Shown here: in pieces, positions 26,845 to 38,174 of the stretch
Layout: every line of letters begins with the position of its first letter
How positions within the stretch are numbered: position 1 is the first letter of the stretch
DNA from: Candidatus Fimimonas merdipullorum
GTDB lineage: Bacteria; Bacillota; Clostridia; Christensenellales; CAG-314
Assembly: GCA_018713905.1 (NCBI GenBank)
Contig: DVOC01000025.1
Span: 1 to 41,785 of the forward strand
Reading direction: 5' to 3'
Length of the DNA stretch: 41,785 bases
Notes under the pieces: generated by a model
Told to the model about the DNA's origin: nothing
Databases searched by the model: none
What the model saw: the letters and a program-made list of their open reading frames with translations, nothing else
Position numbers and translations under genes: made by a program

Positions 26845-28216
26845 GGAATACAAAACAATCCGCGAGGTAGTGGGGCCGCTTATGCTGGTGGACCACGTGA
26901 GCGGCGTAAGTTACAACGAGCTGGTGGAGATCCGCCAAGAAAACGGCGAAGTGCGCAAGGGCAAGGTGCTGGAAGTAAACGGCGACAGAGCGCTGGTGCA
27001 GCTGTTCGAGGGCACGCAGGGACTGCGTATTTCCACCGCCAAAGCGCGTTTTCTGGGCAGAAGTCTGGAGCTTGCCGTGTCGGAAGACATGATGGGCAGG
27101 GTGTTCAACGGCATGGGCGAACCTATCGACGGCGGCGCCCCCATCATTGCCGACAAGCGGCTGGATATCAACGGTCAGCCCATCAACCCCTACGCAAGGG
27201 ACTATCCCAACGAGTTTATTCAGACGGGCATTTCCGCAATAGACGGGCTCAACACTTTGGTAAGAGGGCAAAAACTGCCGGTGTTTTCCGCCAGCGGTCT
27301 GCCTCACGCACAGCTTGCGGCGCAGATAGCCCGTCAGGCAAAGGTGCTGGGCGACGACGAAAAGTTCGCCGTGGTGTTCGGCGCAATGGGCATAACGTTT
27401 GAGGAAGCGGACTTCTTCATCAAGGACTTCAACAAGACGGGCGCGATAGAGCGCACGGTAATGTTCATCAACCTTGCCAACGACCCCGCCATCGAGCGTA
27501 TTTCCACTCCCCGTATGGCGCTTACCGCAGCGGAATATCTGGCGTTTGAAAAGGGCATGCAGGTGCTGGTCATCCTTACCGACATCACCAACTACGCCGA
27601 GGCGCTGCGCGAAACGTCGGCGGCAAGAAAGGAAGTGCCGGGACGGCGCGGCTACCCCGGATATATGTACACCGACTTGGCGCAGATGTACGAGCGCGCC
27701 GGACGTATTCACGGCTGCAACGGCAGCATAACGCAGATACCCATTCTGTCCATGCCGGAAGAGGACAAAACGCACCCCATTCCCGACCTTACGGGCTACA
27801 TCACCGAAGGACAGATAATTTTGTCCCGCGACCTGTATCAAAGGGGGTGCAATCCTCCAATAGACGTGCTGCCCAGCCTTTCCCGTCTTAAAGACAAGGG
27901 TATAGGCGAAGGCAAAACGCGCAAGGATCACGCCGCCACCATGAACCAGCTGTTCTCCGCATACGCGCAGGGCAAAGAGGCAAAGGAGCTGTCGGCTATT
28001 TTGGGCGAATCGGCGCTGTCCGATACGGACAAACTGTACGCCAAGTTTGCACAGGAATTTGAAAAGCAGTATATAGCTCAAGGCTTCAACACCAACCGTT
28101 CCGTAGAGGAAACGCTGGATCTCGGCTGGAAGCTTTTGGGAATCTTGCCCAGAAGCGAGCTTAAACGTATTTCCGAGGAAATGCTGGACGAACACTACAA
28201 ACCTTACGAGGGCTGA
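26837..28216 (+). CDS. ntpB: V-type ATPase subunit B
   Basis: [57 protein letters not shown]. Confidence 0.98.
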   Translation: MFKEYKTIREVVGPLMLVDHVSGVSYNELVEIRQENGEVRKGKVLEVNGDRALVQLFEGTQGLRISTAKARFLGRSLELAVSEDMMGRVFNGMGEPIDGGAPIIADKRLDINGQPINPYARDYPNEFIQTGISAIDGLNTLVRGQKLPVFSASGLPHAQLAAQIARQAKVLGDDEKFAVVFGAMGITFEEADFFIKDFNKTGAIERTVMFINLANDPAIERISTPRMALTAAEYLAFEKGMQVLVILTDITNYAEALRETSAARKEVPGRRGYPGYMYTDLAQMYERAGRIHGCNGSITQIPILSMPEEDKTHPIPDLTGYITEGQIILSRDLYQRGCNPPIDVLPSLSRLKDKGIGEGKTRKDHAATMNQLFSAYAQGKEAKELSAILGESALSDTDKLYAKFAQEFEKQYIAQGFNTNRSVEETLDLGWKLLGILPRSELKRISEEMLDEHYKPYEG

Positions 28217-28218
28217 AA

Positions 28219-28842
28219 ATGGCAGTTATGAACGTCAATCCCACGCGTATGGAGATGAAGCGTCTGCAAGGACGCCTCAAAACAGCCACGCGGGGACACA
28301 AATTGCTTAAAGACAAAACGGACGAGATGATTCGCCGCTTCATAACGCTGGCAGAGGAAAACAGACGGCTGCGCAAAGAAACGGAAAGCGAACTGGCAAA
28401 GGCGCTTGCCGACTTTACCGTGGCAAAAAGTCAGACGGACGCCAGAATAGTGGAGGAAGCCATTCTCATGCCGGGGCGCAAGGTGACGCTTGCCTGCTCT
28501 AAACGCAAGGTGATGGGTATAGACGTGCCTTCCATTCAGATAGAGGACAACAAGGGGGATATGTATCCCTACAGCTTTCTGTCCGTCACGGCGCAGTTGG
28601 ACGACTCTCTCAGGGGGCTGAACGCCGTCTTGTACAAGCTTATTCAGCTTGCCGAAACGGAAAAGGCGTGCAATATGCTTGCCGACGAGATAGAAAAAAA
28701 CAAGCGTCGCGTAAACGCCTTGGAAAACATCATGATCCCGCAGCTTACCGAAACGATAAAGTACATCAAAATGAAGCTGGACGAAAGCGAGCGTTCGGCA
28801 ACGGTGCGCCTGATGAAGGTAAAGGATATGATAAACGGCTGA
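28219..28842 (+). CDS. ntpD: V-type ATPase subunit D
   Basis: NVNPTRME, ATRGHKLLKDK.DE, EIEK.KRRVNALE. Confidence 0.97.
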   Translation: MAVMNVNPTRMEMKRLQGRLKTATRGHKLLKDKTDEMIRRFITLAEENRRLRKETESELAKALADFTVAKSQTDARIVEEAILMPGRKVTLACSKRKVMGIDVPSIQIEDNKGDMYPYSFLSVTAQLDDSLRGLNAVLYKLIQLAETEKACNMLADEIEKNKRRVNALENIMIPQLTETIKYIKMKLDESERSATVRLMKVKDMING

Positions 28843-28907
28843 GGTTTTCCAAGTCGGTACGACCGCAAACAATACCCTAAACACAAAGGCGGCGTGCCGC
28901 CGCAAAC

Positions 28908-28934
28908 AAAAAGGCTTCTTCGGGAGCCTTTTTT
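28908..28934 (+). terminator. Intrinsic terminator after the ntp operon
   Basis: AAAAAGGCTTC-TTCG-GGAGCCTTTTTT (cUUCGg tetraloop). Confidence 0.88.
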
Positions 28935-29332
28935 GTATGCCCGAAGGGCGCTTGCGCTCAAACTTTCGGTGCGGGGCTTGTCTTGCGGCAAGTGCCTGCC
29001 ACCCGAAGGGCGCGCGCCTGTCCTTGCAGTCGCGCGTTAATGGTGCGCAGCGGGGATCTCATTACGTTCGTGCGGCAAGCCGCTTTGCCTACGCAAGAAG
29101 GTTCTTTGTCTGCCAAAATTCTACGCTGCAAAAATCTGCCGTCGCATTATTCGTCTGCGCAATTGCCTTGGCAGTTCCGCCGTAGGGCGTCGGTCGGGGA
29201 AAAATATTGCTTTTTTCACCCTTTTGCACGCATATTTTGAGTATATAAGGAAATAAAATAAAATTCATGTATTTTTTTAGGGGAAAAAACAAGTTTATCG
29301 TAAAATTATTATTGTAGGATTTTTCAAGGCGT

Positions 29333-31087
29333 ATGACTGACTTCAAGGACTTTATTCAGCAGGTAAAACGCGCCAACGACATTGCCGACGTCGTAGGCTC
29401 ATATCTGGAGCTTCGTCCCAAGGGGACGACGCTTTTTGCGCGCTGTCCTTTTCACGGCGAAAAGACGGCAAGCTTCAGCGTCAACAGGAACATGCAGATA
29501 TACCATTGTTTCGGCTGCGGCGAAAGCGGCGACGTGATAAAGTTCGTGCAGCAATACGAATCCTGCACCCTTATGGAGGCGTTGGAGATACTTGCCAAAC
29601 GCGCCGGCATAAAAATGCCGGAAACGCGCGAGCAGGCGCAGGACAAGCAGTATCAGGAGAAAAAGCGCAAGCGGGACGAATACTTTGCTATCTGCCGCGA
29701 CGCCGCCGTGTTCTATTTCAAAAATTTCTACGCTCCGCATGGACAGGTCGCAAGGGAATACATGAGCGGCAGAGGCTTCGACGACGCCACGCTGAAAAAG
29801 TTCGGCATAGGCTACTCTCCCGACAGGTTTTCGCTGGTAAAGTTTTTGCAGGGCAAAAAGCATTCCGACGAGGATTGCGTTGCCTGCGGAGTGTTGCAGC
29901 GGGGCAGGGACGGCACCGTTGCCGACGCCCTTGCCGGCAGGCTGATAGTGCCCATCATCAACGTTTCCGGCAAGGTGATAGCCTTCGGCGGCAGGGGATT
30001 GGACGAAAGGACCATTTCCTTCGGCAAATACAAAAACACCGGCGAAAGCCCGCAGTTTATAAAGCGCAACAATCTGTTTGCGTTGAACGTGCTGAAAGAA
30101 CAAAAACAGCAGTCTGCGTTGAAAGAGGTGGTGATGGTGGAAGGGTATATGGACGTTATCGCCATGTATCAGGCGGGGTACAAATGCGCCGTGGCAAGCA
30201 TGGGCACCTCTCTTACGGAAAATCAGGCAAAGCTGCTGTCCCGCATAACGGATACCGTCTATATCTGTTACGACGGCGACGCGGCGGGGCAAAAAGCCAC
30301 CGTGCGCGGGCTGGACATATTGGATTCGGCAGGCATAGAGGTGCGCGTCATGTCCGTACCGGAAAATCTCGATCCCGACGAATACATAAAAAAGTACGGC
30401 GCCGAAGCCTTCGGCGGGCTGATAAAGCAGGCGTTGCCGTTGCCCGACTACAAGCTGCGGCTGTTGGAAAACGCCTATCCCATTTCCTCCGACAACCTCA
30501 CGGTGCGCAACAACGCCATGCCCAAGTACGTGCGGGGCGCGATAAAAATGCTCAGGCAATTAGACGACGTGCGGCAGACGCAATACCTTTCGGCGGTGTC
30601 CATCAAGACGGGCTACTCGCAGGAATATCTGCGCCGCAAGCTGCACGAGGAACAGCCGTCGAGTGCGACGGAGGAGCAGACTGACAGCCTTTCCCCCGCC
30701 GAAAAAGCCAAATTCTTCGTGGCGGCGTGTCTGCTGTCAAATCAGGAATTTGCAACTCTTGCGGAAAAGCCCTATTGCGAAAGCCAGTTTCTTTCCGATT
30801 TGTACGACTACATTTTCCGCTGTTACGACAGGGGCGAAAAACCCCGAACGGACATGCTTTACACCGTCTGTCCCAACGGCACCAAGCAGCAATACGAGGA
30901 CATAATAAACGTAGATTTTTCGCCGCAGCAGCGGCAGAAAAACGAGCTGTACTTCCGTCAGTGCAAAAGCGCTATCGCTACGGAAAACGTGCGGCAAAAA
31001 AGGGAACAACTGCTTGCAAGGCTCAAACAGAACCCCGACGACAGGCAGATTCTGGAAGAAATAGCGCGGTTAAACGAAAAAATTTAG
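29333..31087 (+). CDS. dnaG: DNA primase
   Basis: CPFH.EKT.SF, HCFGC zinc-binding domain; AFGGR, KYKN; EGYMDV, SMGTSLT, CYDGD.AG, DPDE TOPRIM motifs. Confidence 0.97.
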   Translation: MTDFKDFIQQVKRANDIADVVGSYLELRPKGTTLFARCPFHGEKTASFSVNRNMQIYHCFGCGESGDVIKFVQQYESCTLMEALEILAKRAGIKMPETREQAQDKQYQEKKRKRDEYFAICRDAAVFYFKNFYAPHGQVAREYMSGRGFDDATLKKFGIGYSPDRFSLVKFLQGKKHSDEDCVACGVLQRGRDGTVADALAGRLIVPIINVSGKVIAFGGRGLDERTISFGKYKNTGESPQFIKRNNLFALNVLKEQKQQSALKEVVMVEGYMDVIAMYQAGYKCAVASMGTSLTENQAKLLSRITDTVYICYDGDAAGQKATVRGLDILDSAGIEVRVMSVPENLDPDEYIKKYGAEAFGGLIKQALPLPDYKLRLLENAYPISSDNLTVRNNAMPKYVRGAIKMLRQLDDVRQTQYLSAVSIKTGYSQEYLRRKLHEEQPSSATEEQTDSLSPAEKAKFFVAACLLSNQEFATLAEKPYCESQFLSDLYDYIFRCYDRGEKPRTDMLYTVCPNGTKQQYEDIINVDFSPQQRQKNELYFRQCKSAIATENVRQKREQLLARLKQNPDDRQILEEIARLNEKI

Positions 31088-31107
31088 GCAAAGGAGAAAA
31101 CTTTCTG

Positions 31108-32154
31108 ATGGAACTCACACAACAATTTTTGCAGGAACTGTACGAGGGTATCAAAAACGAATCGCAGACGGTAAACTACGACGACGTGGAACAACGTCTG
31201 GAAAAATTGGATATATCTCCCGAACAGAACGCGGAAATATACCGCTATCTGGAAAAATGCGGACTTAAAATAATTGAAAATCTCGGCAAGGACAGCATTT
31301 CTCTGAGCAAGAGTATTAGCGATATCCCATTGGACGATCCCGTAAAGGCGTACCTCAAAGACATTGGCAAGGTGCCTCTGCTTTCCGGCGACGAGGAAGT
31401 GGAGCTTGCGCAAAAAATGCTGGAAGGGGACGAAGAAGCCAAAAGAAAGCTTACCGAAGCCAATTTGCGTCTGGTGGTGTCCATTGCCAAAAGGTACGTA
31501 GGCAGAGGAATGACCTTCCTCGACCTGATACAGGAAGGCAATCTGGGGCTCATAAAGGCGGTAGACAAGTTCGATTGCAGCAAGGGCTTCAAATTTTCCA
31601 CCTACGCCACGTGGTGGATACGTCAGGCGATAACCCGCGCCATAGCCGATCAGGCGCGTACCATAAGAATACCCGTGCATATGGTAGAAACCATCAACCG
31701 TCAGGGACGCACCCAGCGCATACTGTCGCAGGAGCTGGGCAGAGAACCCAGCTCGGAGGAAATAGGGGAAAGAATGGGCATAACGGCGGAAAAGGTGGAG
31801 GAGATCCAAAAGATAGCGCAGGAGCCCGTCAGCTTCGACACCCCCATAGGCGAAGAGGAAGACAGCCATCTTGCCGACTTCATCGAGGACAACAAAACCC
31901 TTTCTCCCAGCGACGTTGCCACCCGCGCAATGCTGCGCAAGGACATAGAGGAACAGCTTGCCAAGCTTACTCCCCGCGAAGCCAAGGTCATACGTCTGCG
32001 CTACGGCTTTGACGACGGCAAACAACGCACTTTGGAAGAAGTGGGCAAGGAGTTCAACGTCACCCGTGAAAGAATACGTCAGATAGAGGCAAAAGCGCTG
32101 CGCAAGCTGCGCAATCCCAGCCGCTCCAAGAGGCTGCGCGACTATCTTGACTAA
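31108..32154 (+). CDS. sigA: Primary sigma factor SigA (RpoD)
   Basis: [81 protein letters not shown]; ATG at 31108 after AAGGAG. Confidence 0.98.
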   Translation: MELTQQFLQELYEGIKNESQTVNYDDVEQRLEKLDISPEQNAEIYRYLEKCGLKIIENLGKDSISLSKSISDIPLDDPVKAYLKDIGKVPLLSGDEEVELAQKMLEGDEEAKRKLTEANLRLVVSIAKRYVGRGMTFLDLIQEGNLGLIKAVDKFDCSKGFKFSTYATWWIRQAITRAIADQARTIRIPVHMVETINRQGRTQRILSQELGREPSSEEIGERMGITAEKVEEIQKIAQEPVSFDTPIGEEEDSHLADFIEDNKTLSPSDVATRAMLRKDIEEQLAKLTPREAKVIRLRYGFDDGKQRTLEEVGKEFNVTRERIRQIEAKALRKLRNPSRSKRLRDYLD

Positions 32155-32155
32155 G

Positions 32156-32800
32156 ATGCTTTCTCTGCGGCTCAACAGAATAATCGCCGCGCTGCCTCGG
32201 TGCGAAACGCTTGCCGACGTGGGGTGCGATCACGGGCTGGTGGGCATTGCGGCGCTTCAAAAGGGCGTGGCGCAACAGGTGATTTTTACAGATATCTCTT
32301 TGCCCAGCCTGCAAAAGGCAAAGCAAAACTGTCCGCAGCAGTTGCAAAGCAGGGCAAGCTTCGTGTGCGGCAACGGACTGGGAAACGTGCAGTGCGACTG
32401 CGCCGTGATAGCCGGCATGGGCGGGCTGGAAATAGTACATATTCTCGACGGGTGCGCCTTGCCGGACAAATTGGTGTTGCAGCCCATGCGCAACAGCGTG
32501 CAAGTCAGGCAAAGGCTGATACGCGACTACGAAATTACGCTGGACGAAAAGTTTTTCGACGGCAAGTTCTACGACCTTATAACGGCGCAGGCAAAACGCG
32601 GCGGCAGCGTGCTCACACCCGACGAGCTGACGTTCGGACGTACCAATTTGTTGCGACCGTCTGAGGATTTTGTGACCTTTTTGCGTAAAGAACTTTCCCT
32701 TTGCGACAAAATTTTACAAGACTGCAACGACCAAGCCGTTCTGCAAAGGCGGCGTGAAACCGCCCGCGTGCTTAACATGATACAGGAGGAGAAACTATGA
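32156..32800 (+). CDS. trmK: tRNA (adenine(22)-N1)-methyltransferase TrmK
   Basis: ADVGCDHG, GNGL, IAGMGG.EI, LVLQP; conserved position after sigA. Confidence 0.9.
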   Translation: MLSLRLNRIIAALPRCETLADVGCDHGLVGIAALQKGVAQQVIFTDISLPSLQKAKQNCPQQLQSRASFVCGNGLGNVQCDCAVIAGMGGLEIVHILDGCALPDKLVLQPMRNSVQVRQRLIRDYEITLDEKFFDGKFYDLITAQAKRGGSVLTPDELTFGRTNLLRPSEDFVTFLRKELSLCDKILQDCNDQAVLQRRRETARVLNMIQEEKL

Positions 32801-33498
32801 TTCAAAAGGAAATGCTGGAATATCAAGATCTCGATTTGGAATTGGAAAAAATAAAAAACACCGTCGGCAAAAGCCCCGACAACGTCATTCGCGTGCGCGC
32901 CGGCAAGCAGCTTGCCGCCTGCAAGGCGAAAATAAACGAGATAATGCCCAAATACAAAAATCTGCGCGCGCAGTTGGACAACGCCCGCAAGAAGCTGGAA
33001 GCCATCTGCGATCAGGTGGACAAAGTGGGGCAGGAATTGGAAAACGTGGAGATGGACGAACAGGCGGTTTATATGCTCAAAAAGCTTACGGCACAGAAAA
33101 ACGAGCTTGCCGCCGTGGAAAAGGACATAAAGGACATGGGACAGCAGTATGCCGAGGCGGAAGTCAGCCTGCGCAGACTTAGCAAGGATAAGGCTGTTTA
33201 CGAGCAGGAGGAAAAAGTCCATTACGAAAAAGCCAAGGAGTTTTCCGCACAGTTCAGACCGCGTATAGCGGAAATAAAGAGCTTGCAGGAGAAGCTTAAA
33301 GCAAAGATAGATCCCGAGCTTATGACCGCCTACGAAAGGCGGGTGGGACAGGTGAAAACCATTTTCGTCCCGCTTACGGACGGGAACCGCTGCGGCGGCT
33401 GCCGCATGGAAATGCCTCCGGCGCAGGTGAGCAAATTTCAGACCAAAAACTTTATTCTGTGCGAGCATTGCAACAGAATAATCTACAAAAAAGACTGA
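32797..33498 (+). CDS. Coiled-coil protein with C4 zinc ribbon (DUF164-like)
   Basis: Long coiled coil; C-terminal CGGC..CEHCNRIIY. Confidence 0.88.
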   Translation: MIQKEMLEYQDLDLELEKIKNTVGKSPDNVIRVRAGKQLAACKAKINEIMPKYKNLRAQLDNARKKLEAICDQVDKVGQELENVEMDEQAVYMLKKLTAQKNELAAVEKDIKDMGQQYAEAEVSLRRLSKDKAVYEQEEKVHYEKAKEFSAQFRPRIAEIKSLQEKLKAKIDPELMTAYERRVGQVKTIFVPLTDGNRCGGCRMEMPPAQVSKFQTKNFILCEHCNRIIYKKD

Positions 33499-33508
33499 TC
33501 TTTTCAAC

Positions 33509-33537
33509 AAAAAGAGGGGTGCATGCCCCTCTTTTTT
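33509..33537 (+). terminator. Intrinsic (bidirectional) terminator after the dnaG-sigA operon
   Basis: AAAAAGAGGGGT-GCAT-GCCCCTCTTTTTT. Confidence 0.85.
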
Positions 33538-34392
33538 GCTTCCGCGCCGCCTCTTCAACAGAGCGTTCGTCACGGTTTTTCAGCAACGTATTGCATTTTT
33601 TTGTGCCATTTGTTGCTTACAGGCGCGGTAAATACGCTGCAACAACGGTGTTGACGGGCGTTACCCGCCTTTGCCGCTCTTTCCCGTCTTTTTGCTCGTT
33701 CGGTTTCTCTCGGTGCCGCAACGTGCGGAAAGGCGTTTCCGCGTTTTTATCCGGCAAACGGCGCAGGAGGGGGTGCCTTTCGGCATTTGCTTCTTGCTCT
33801 CTACGCAGGCGCTCGTCTGTGTCGCACCCGCTTCGGGGCGACGGCGTTCTTCATTTTTGACGGTAAGCCTTGTCGTGCGCAGCCTTGTCGTTTTGGCAGC
33901 ATTGTTTTTCCGCGGTGTATTTTATCCGCCGTGCGTCTTCGTATGCGGCATAAAAAAAGTTCATATAAATCTTTCAAAACGATACGCAGCCTCTGTGTTA
34001 TTTTAACCGTTTCAATCGAGATATATGAACTGCTTATATTATGCGCCGCAAAAGGCGTTATATTCACGTTTCGGAAATTTTTTTGCGTTATTTTATTTTG
34101 CACGTTTTGTCTGTTTTTTGCCTTACGCTTTTTTCCTGTTTTTTATTGTGTTTTTGTCGGTATGCTCATTGTGCTTTTTGCAAAACGCCGTGTTAAATTG
34201 CCCGCAGTCTGTCGTTTCGCGTTGAGCTTTGCAATGCCTGCGGCGGCTGTGTTTTGTCGTGCTCTGTTGCCGCAACGACTTTTTTGCCCGACGTTTTCGC
34301 CGTTCAAAGGCACATTCGCACGGACGGCGTTTTTCGGCGTAACAAATATTTATTACGTTATACGTATTTACTCTCCCGTGCAAGGCTGTCGC

Positions 34393-34421
34393 TTGACAAT
34401 CGGGGAGTATTGTGGTAGCAT
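34393..34421 (+). promoter_or_regulatory. SigA promoter of the GNAT-mrnC-rlmB-sigH operon
   Basis: TTGACA (34393..34398), 17 bp, TGnTAGCAT. Confidence 0.7.
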
Positions 34422-34489
34422 ACAATCACAATGGATAACTATGCTTGCGCGGCGAAAATTCTTTACGCGCGGCGCAAAAGGAGAAGAAA

Positions 34490-35047
34490 GTGATTACCAT
34501 CAGACCTTACGATAAAAAGGACTACCGTTACGTGCAGCAACTGGGAGGGGGCGACGAATCTTACGTTCGTCAGATCTGCCGTTGCGCTTTGTACTGCAAC
34601 TACTACCTAGACTGCGAACCGCAGTTCTGCTTTGTGGCTGTGGACGAAAACGACCTTCCCGTAGGCTACGTGCTGGCGGCGGCTGATTTAGACAATTTCT
34701 ACGAAAAAATGCAGCAGGACTATCTGCCCGTCGTGCGCAAGCTTGCCGGTTCCGACTACTATCGTTATTCCGCCGAGATGAAGGTGACGCAGCGTTACAC
34801 GAGCAAGGGTTACACGGCGCACTTCGTCATTTTCGTGGACGAACAGCACCGCAACAAGGGCGTGGGCAGCCGTCTGCTTGCCGAGCTTTTGCAAAAACTC
34901 CGTCAAAGCTACGTGGAGGGGGTGCATTTCGTGTGCGGCAGCAAGCAGGAGGATGTCAAAAATCTGCTTGTCAAAAACGGCTTTGAGGATATCGACTACC
35001 TTTCGGGGTGCATTGTGTACGGTCAGAAACTGTACAGCGAAGAATGA
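34490..35047 (+). CDS. GNAT family N-acetyltransferase
   Basis: GTG start after AAAGGAG; IRPY, FVAVD..VGYVL, AH..I.V..HRNKGVGSRL acetyl-CoA motif, GF. Confidence 0.85.
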   Translation: MITIRPYDKKDYRYVQQLGGGDESYVRQICRCALYCNYYLDCEPQFCFVAVDENDLPVGYVLAAADLDNFYEKMQQDYLPVVRKLAGSDYYRYSAEMKVTQRYTSKGYTAHFVIFVDEQHRNKGVGSRLLAELLQKLRQSYVEGVHFVCGSKQEDVKNLLVKNGFEDIDYLSGCIVYGQKLYSEE

Positions 35048-35424
35048 CGACGAGGATAATGACGGAGCAGCAGGCGCAAAACGTCAACGCCTTGGTGCTG
35101 GCATACGTGGGGGACGCAGTTCAAAGTCTGTACGTGCGCAGCAAGCTTGCTTTTGAACACGACTGCAAGGCGCACGATATGCACAAAATGGCTTCGGACG
35201 AGGTAAACGCCCACGCGCAGGCATTGCAGGCAAAGGAAATTTTTCCGCTGCTCACTCAAGAGGAAAAGGACGTATACATGAGGGCGCGCAACGCCAAGAC
35301 GCGCCACAGGGCAAAAAACAGGACGCTGTCCGACTACAAAAAGGCGACGGCGGTAGAGGCGGTGCTGGGGTATCTGTACCTTACCGGCAAGACGGACAGG
35401 CTAAAAACGCTTTTGGAAGTGTGA
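35044..35424 (+). CDS. mrnC: Mini-ribonuclease III
   Basis: LAYVGDAV, V.A.AQA, EE..VY.RARN, YKKATAVEAVLGYLYL. Confidence 0.93.
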   Translation: MTTRIMTEQQAQNVNALVLAYVGDAVQSLYVRSKLAFEHDCKAHDMHKMASDEVNAHAQALQAKEIFPLLTQEEKDVYMRARNAKTRHRAKNRTLSDYKKATAVEAVLGYLYLTGKTDRLKTLLEV

Positions 35425-35425
35425 T

Positions 35426-36130
35426 ATGAAAATAGAAGGCAGAAACTGCGTGGCGGAGGCGCTGCGCTCCGACAGCATGACGGTCAATTCTCTGCTGTGC
35501 CAGAAGGAATTCAAAAACAGCGACGTGGCGGCGCTCGCCCGCGCCAAGGGTGTAAAAGTGCAGTTTGCCGACAAACAGGCGCTGGACAGGGAAAGCGCCG
35601 ACGGCAGGCATCAGGGGTTCATCGCAGACGTTACGGAATTTCGCTATTGCGAGGTGGAGGACGTTCTCGCCGCCTCGGAAAAGCCCTTTATAGTGGTGCT
35701 GGACGGCATAAACGATCCGCACAATTTCGGCAGTATCATTCGTGTGTGCGAATGCGCCGGCGTGGACGGCATAATAATAGGCAAAAACAGACAGGTGGCT
35801 GTCACCGATACGGTGGCAAGATGCTCTGCGGGAGCCGTCGCCCACGTGCGTATAGCGCGCGTCACCAACGTCAACAACGCCATAAAATTTTTGCAGCGTA
35901 ACGGCGTGTGGGTGTATGCCTGCGATATGGACGGGCAGGACGTTACTTCTGCAGACCTTACGGGCAGCGTTGCGCTGGTAATAGGCGGCGAGGGCAGCGG
36001 CGTAAGCAAACTCACAAGGGAAGTGTGCGACGGCATAGTTTCCCTCAAACTCAAAGGAAAAGTAAATTCGTTAAACGCTTCGGTGGCGTGCGGCATAGCG
36101 GTGTACGAGGCGCTGAGGCAAAGAGGCTGA
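35426..36130 (+). CDS. rlmB: 23S rRNA (guanosine(2251)-2'-O)-methyltransferase RlmB
   Basis: IEGRN.V.EAL, HQG, LDGINDPHNFGSIIR, IGGEGSG, VNSLNASVA (SPOUT). Confidence 0.93.
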   Translation: MKIEGRNCVAEALRSDSMTVNSLLCQKEFKNSDVAALARAKGVKVQFADKQALDRESADGRHQGFIADVTEFRYCEVEDVLAASEKPFIVVLDGINDPHNFGSIIRVCECAGVDGIIIGKNRQVAVTDTVARCSAGAVAHVRIARVTNVNNAIKFLQRNGVWVYACDMDGQDVTSADLTGSVALVIGGEGSGVSKLTREVCDGIVSLKLKGKVNSLNASVACGIAVYEALRQRG

Positions 36131-36676
36131 ATGGAAGACATCATTTTAAGAGCAAAGCAGGGGGACGAGCGCGCAATAGAGCAGATTGCCTGCGACTACA
36201 AGGGACTGATACGTTCGGTGACAAACAAATTTTTTCTTGTCGGCGGCGAAAAGGAAGACCTTTGGCAGGAAGGCATGCTGGGGCTTTACTTTGCCATTAT
36301 CAATTTCGACGAAAACAAGGGCAGCTTTCCCGCCTTCGTCAAGCTGTGCGTAACGCGGCAGATAATGCGTGCCGTCACCGCTTCGCAATCGGCAAAAAAC
36401 AAACCCCTTTCCGACAGCGTGGATATTTCCTTGGCAGAAAACGTCGCAGACGAGCGCAGTCCGCTGGAAGAAGCGCTGGAAAGGGAGTTTATAACCCGTC
36501 TGACAAAGGCTGTGGAGGAGCAGCTTTCCCCCATAGAAAGGCAGACGGCAATGCTGTATGCCGAAGGATACAGCTACGAAGACATATCTAAAATTCTCAA
36601 CAAAAGCTACAAGGCGGTGGACGGTGCGCTGCAACGCGCCCGCAAAAAGCTTACCGCCTTCAAGGAGCAGGAATGA
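36131..36676 (+). CDS. sigH: Alternative sigma factor SigH (Spo0H)
   Basis: FFLVGGEKEDL.QEGM.GL, SF.AF..LC..RQI, K.KPL, G.SYEDI..L.KS.KAVD.ALQR.RKKL; after rlmB. Confidence 0.85.
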   Translation: MEDIILRAKQGDERAIEQIACDYKGLIRSVTNKFFLVGGEKEDLWQEGMLGLYFAIINFDENKGSFPAFVKLCVTRQIMRAVTASQSAKNKPLSDSVDISLAENVADERSPLEEALEREFITRLTKAVEEQLSPIERQTAMLYAEGYSYEDISKILNKSYKAVDGALQRARKKLTAFKEQE

Positions 36677-38163
36677 ACTACGTTGCTTTGTACAGAAAAT
36701 ACCGTCCCCGCACCTTTGACGACGTCATAGGGCAGGATCACATCATAAACACCCTGCGCAACCAGATAGTCAAAGGCAAAATTTCCCACGCATATCTGTT
36801 TACGGGTACGCGCGGCACGGGCAAGACCTCTACGGCAAAGATATTCGCCCGCGCCGTCAACTGTCCCGAAGCCGCCGCCCACAACGGCAATCCCTGCGGA
36901 ACGTGCGAGGTGTGCAAGGCGTTGGAAAATGCCAACGTGGACGTAATAGAGATGGACGCCGCCAGCAACAACGGCGTGGACTACGCCCGCGACATACGTG
37001 AAAAGGTGCAGTTCCCGCCCGTGTGCGGCAGATACAAGGTGTACATCATCGACGAAGTGCACATGCTTTCCACCGGCGCCTTCAATGCGCTGCTCAAAAC
37101 GCTGGAAGAGCCTCCCGCGCACGCCATATTCATTTTGTGTACCACCGAAGTGCACAAAATACCCGCAACCATTCTTTCCAGATGTATGCGCTTCGACTTC
37201 CGACTTGTGCCTACGTCGCAGCTTACCAAGCTTATTGCCGACATCTACGACAAGGAGGGCAAAAGCTACGAGCGCGCGGCTGTGGCAGCCATTGCGCAAG
37301 CGGGCGAGGGAAGCGTACGCGACTGCGTTTCCATTGCCGACAGGTGCATGGCGGTTTCCGACAAGCTTACCTACAAGCAGGTGACGGACGTGCTGGGAGT
37401 TTCCTCCCGCGACAGCATTGCCGCCCTTGCGCAGGCAGTGACGGAAAACGACGCCGCCGGCATATTGCAGGAGATACACCTTTTGGTAAGTCAGGGCAAG
37501 GACGTGGCTCGGCTGGCAAAGGATCTGTCGCTGTACGTCAGGGACGTGCTGACGGCAAAGCTGTGCCCCGATGCGGAGGAAATGCTGTGTCTGCCGGAAA
37601 GCGTGTGGGAAAAGGTAAAAAGTCTTGCGGAAAAAACCACGCAGCAAAAGCTTATCTACGCCATCGAAACGCTTGCCGAGCTGGAGCTCAACTTGCGTTA
37701 CGCCCTTTCGCCCCGAATGCTTTTCGAGGCGGCGGCGCTGCGCATAGGTTCAAGCAGCGGCGAGGTGGACGCCGAAGGGCTGGACAGACGGCTGACAAGG
37801 CTGGAAAGGCAGCCGCATAACGGCGGCACGTCCACGCGGTACGTGGTGGACAAAACCAATGCGCAGTCGGTGTGGCTGGGAGTAAAATATTCCCTCGAAG
37901 AAAAGGACAAGCCGCTGCTTTTGGGAGTGTGGCGCGACGTCAAAGTGGATATGGACGAACAGAACTTCGTCGTCACGTGCAGCAAGGGGGCGTATCTGCT
38001 GGTGCAGGCGCAGTTCAAAGAGGAGCTGACCAAGGAAATAAAGCCCTTCTGCAACAAGCAGGTCAAATTCGTGGCGGAAAACCAACAGACGGAATCGGAA
38101 GTGGACAAGCAGCTTCGCTCTTTGGGGGACAACGTCCGCTTTGAAAGCAACGTAAAAAAATAA
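36673..38163 (+). CDS. dnaX: DNA polymerase III subunit gamma/tau
   Basis: [19 protein letters not shown], Cxx[34 protein letters not shown]. Confidence 0.97.
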   Translation: MNYVALYRKYRPRTFDDVIGQDHIINTLRNQIVKGKISHAYLFTGTRGTGKTSTAKIFARAVNCPEAAAHNGNPCGTCEVCKALENANVDVIEMDAASNNGVDYARDIREKVQFPPVCGRYKVYIIDEVHMLSTGAFNALLKTLEEPPAHAIFILCTTEVHKIPATILSRCMRFDFRLVPTSQLTKLIADIYDKEGKSYERAAVAAIAQAGEGSVRDCVSIADRCMAVSDKLTYKQVTDVLGVSSRDSIAALAQAVTENDAAGILQEIHLLVSQGKDVARLAKDLSLYVRDVLTAKLCPDAEEMLCLPESVWEKVKSLAEKTTQQKLIYAIETLAELELNLRYALSPRMLFEAAALRIGSSSGEVDAEGLDRRLTRLERQPHNGGTSTRYVVDKTNAQSVWLGVKYSLEEKDKPLLLGVWRDVKVDMDEQNFVVTCSKGAYLLVQAQFKEELTKEIKPFCNKQVKFVAENQQTESEVDKQLRSLGDNVRFESNVKK

Positions 38164-38174
38164 AGGAGATAACT

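Noticed and set aside
29247-29275. SigH promoter upstream of dnaG
   Set aside because: AGGAAAT fits the -35, but the -10 is GTAT rather than GAAT in very AT-rich DNA; not distinguishable from chance.
30727-31107. N-terminal extension of SigA (and similar upstream extensions in ispDF, rpiB, sua5, ntpI)
   Set aside because: Artefacts of longest-ORF calling; downstream starts have an RBS or stop-start coupling and match family N-termini.
33500-34400. RNase P RNA (rnpB), often near the Zn-ribbon gene
   Set aside because: No GAGGAAAGTCC or 3' P4 signature found here by eye; the GAGGAAAGTC I noticed lies inside ntpE.
33787-34515. 242-aa plus-strand ORF and two 100-aa minus-strand ORFs in the gap
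   Set aside because: Low-complexity Phe/Cys- or Lys/Arg-rich translations of T-runs, no RBS, and overlap with a good promoter.
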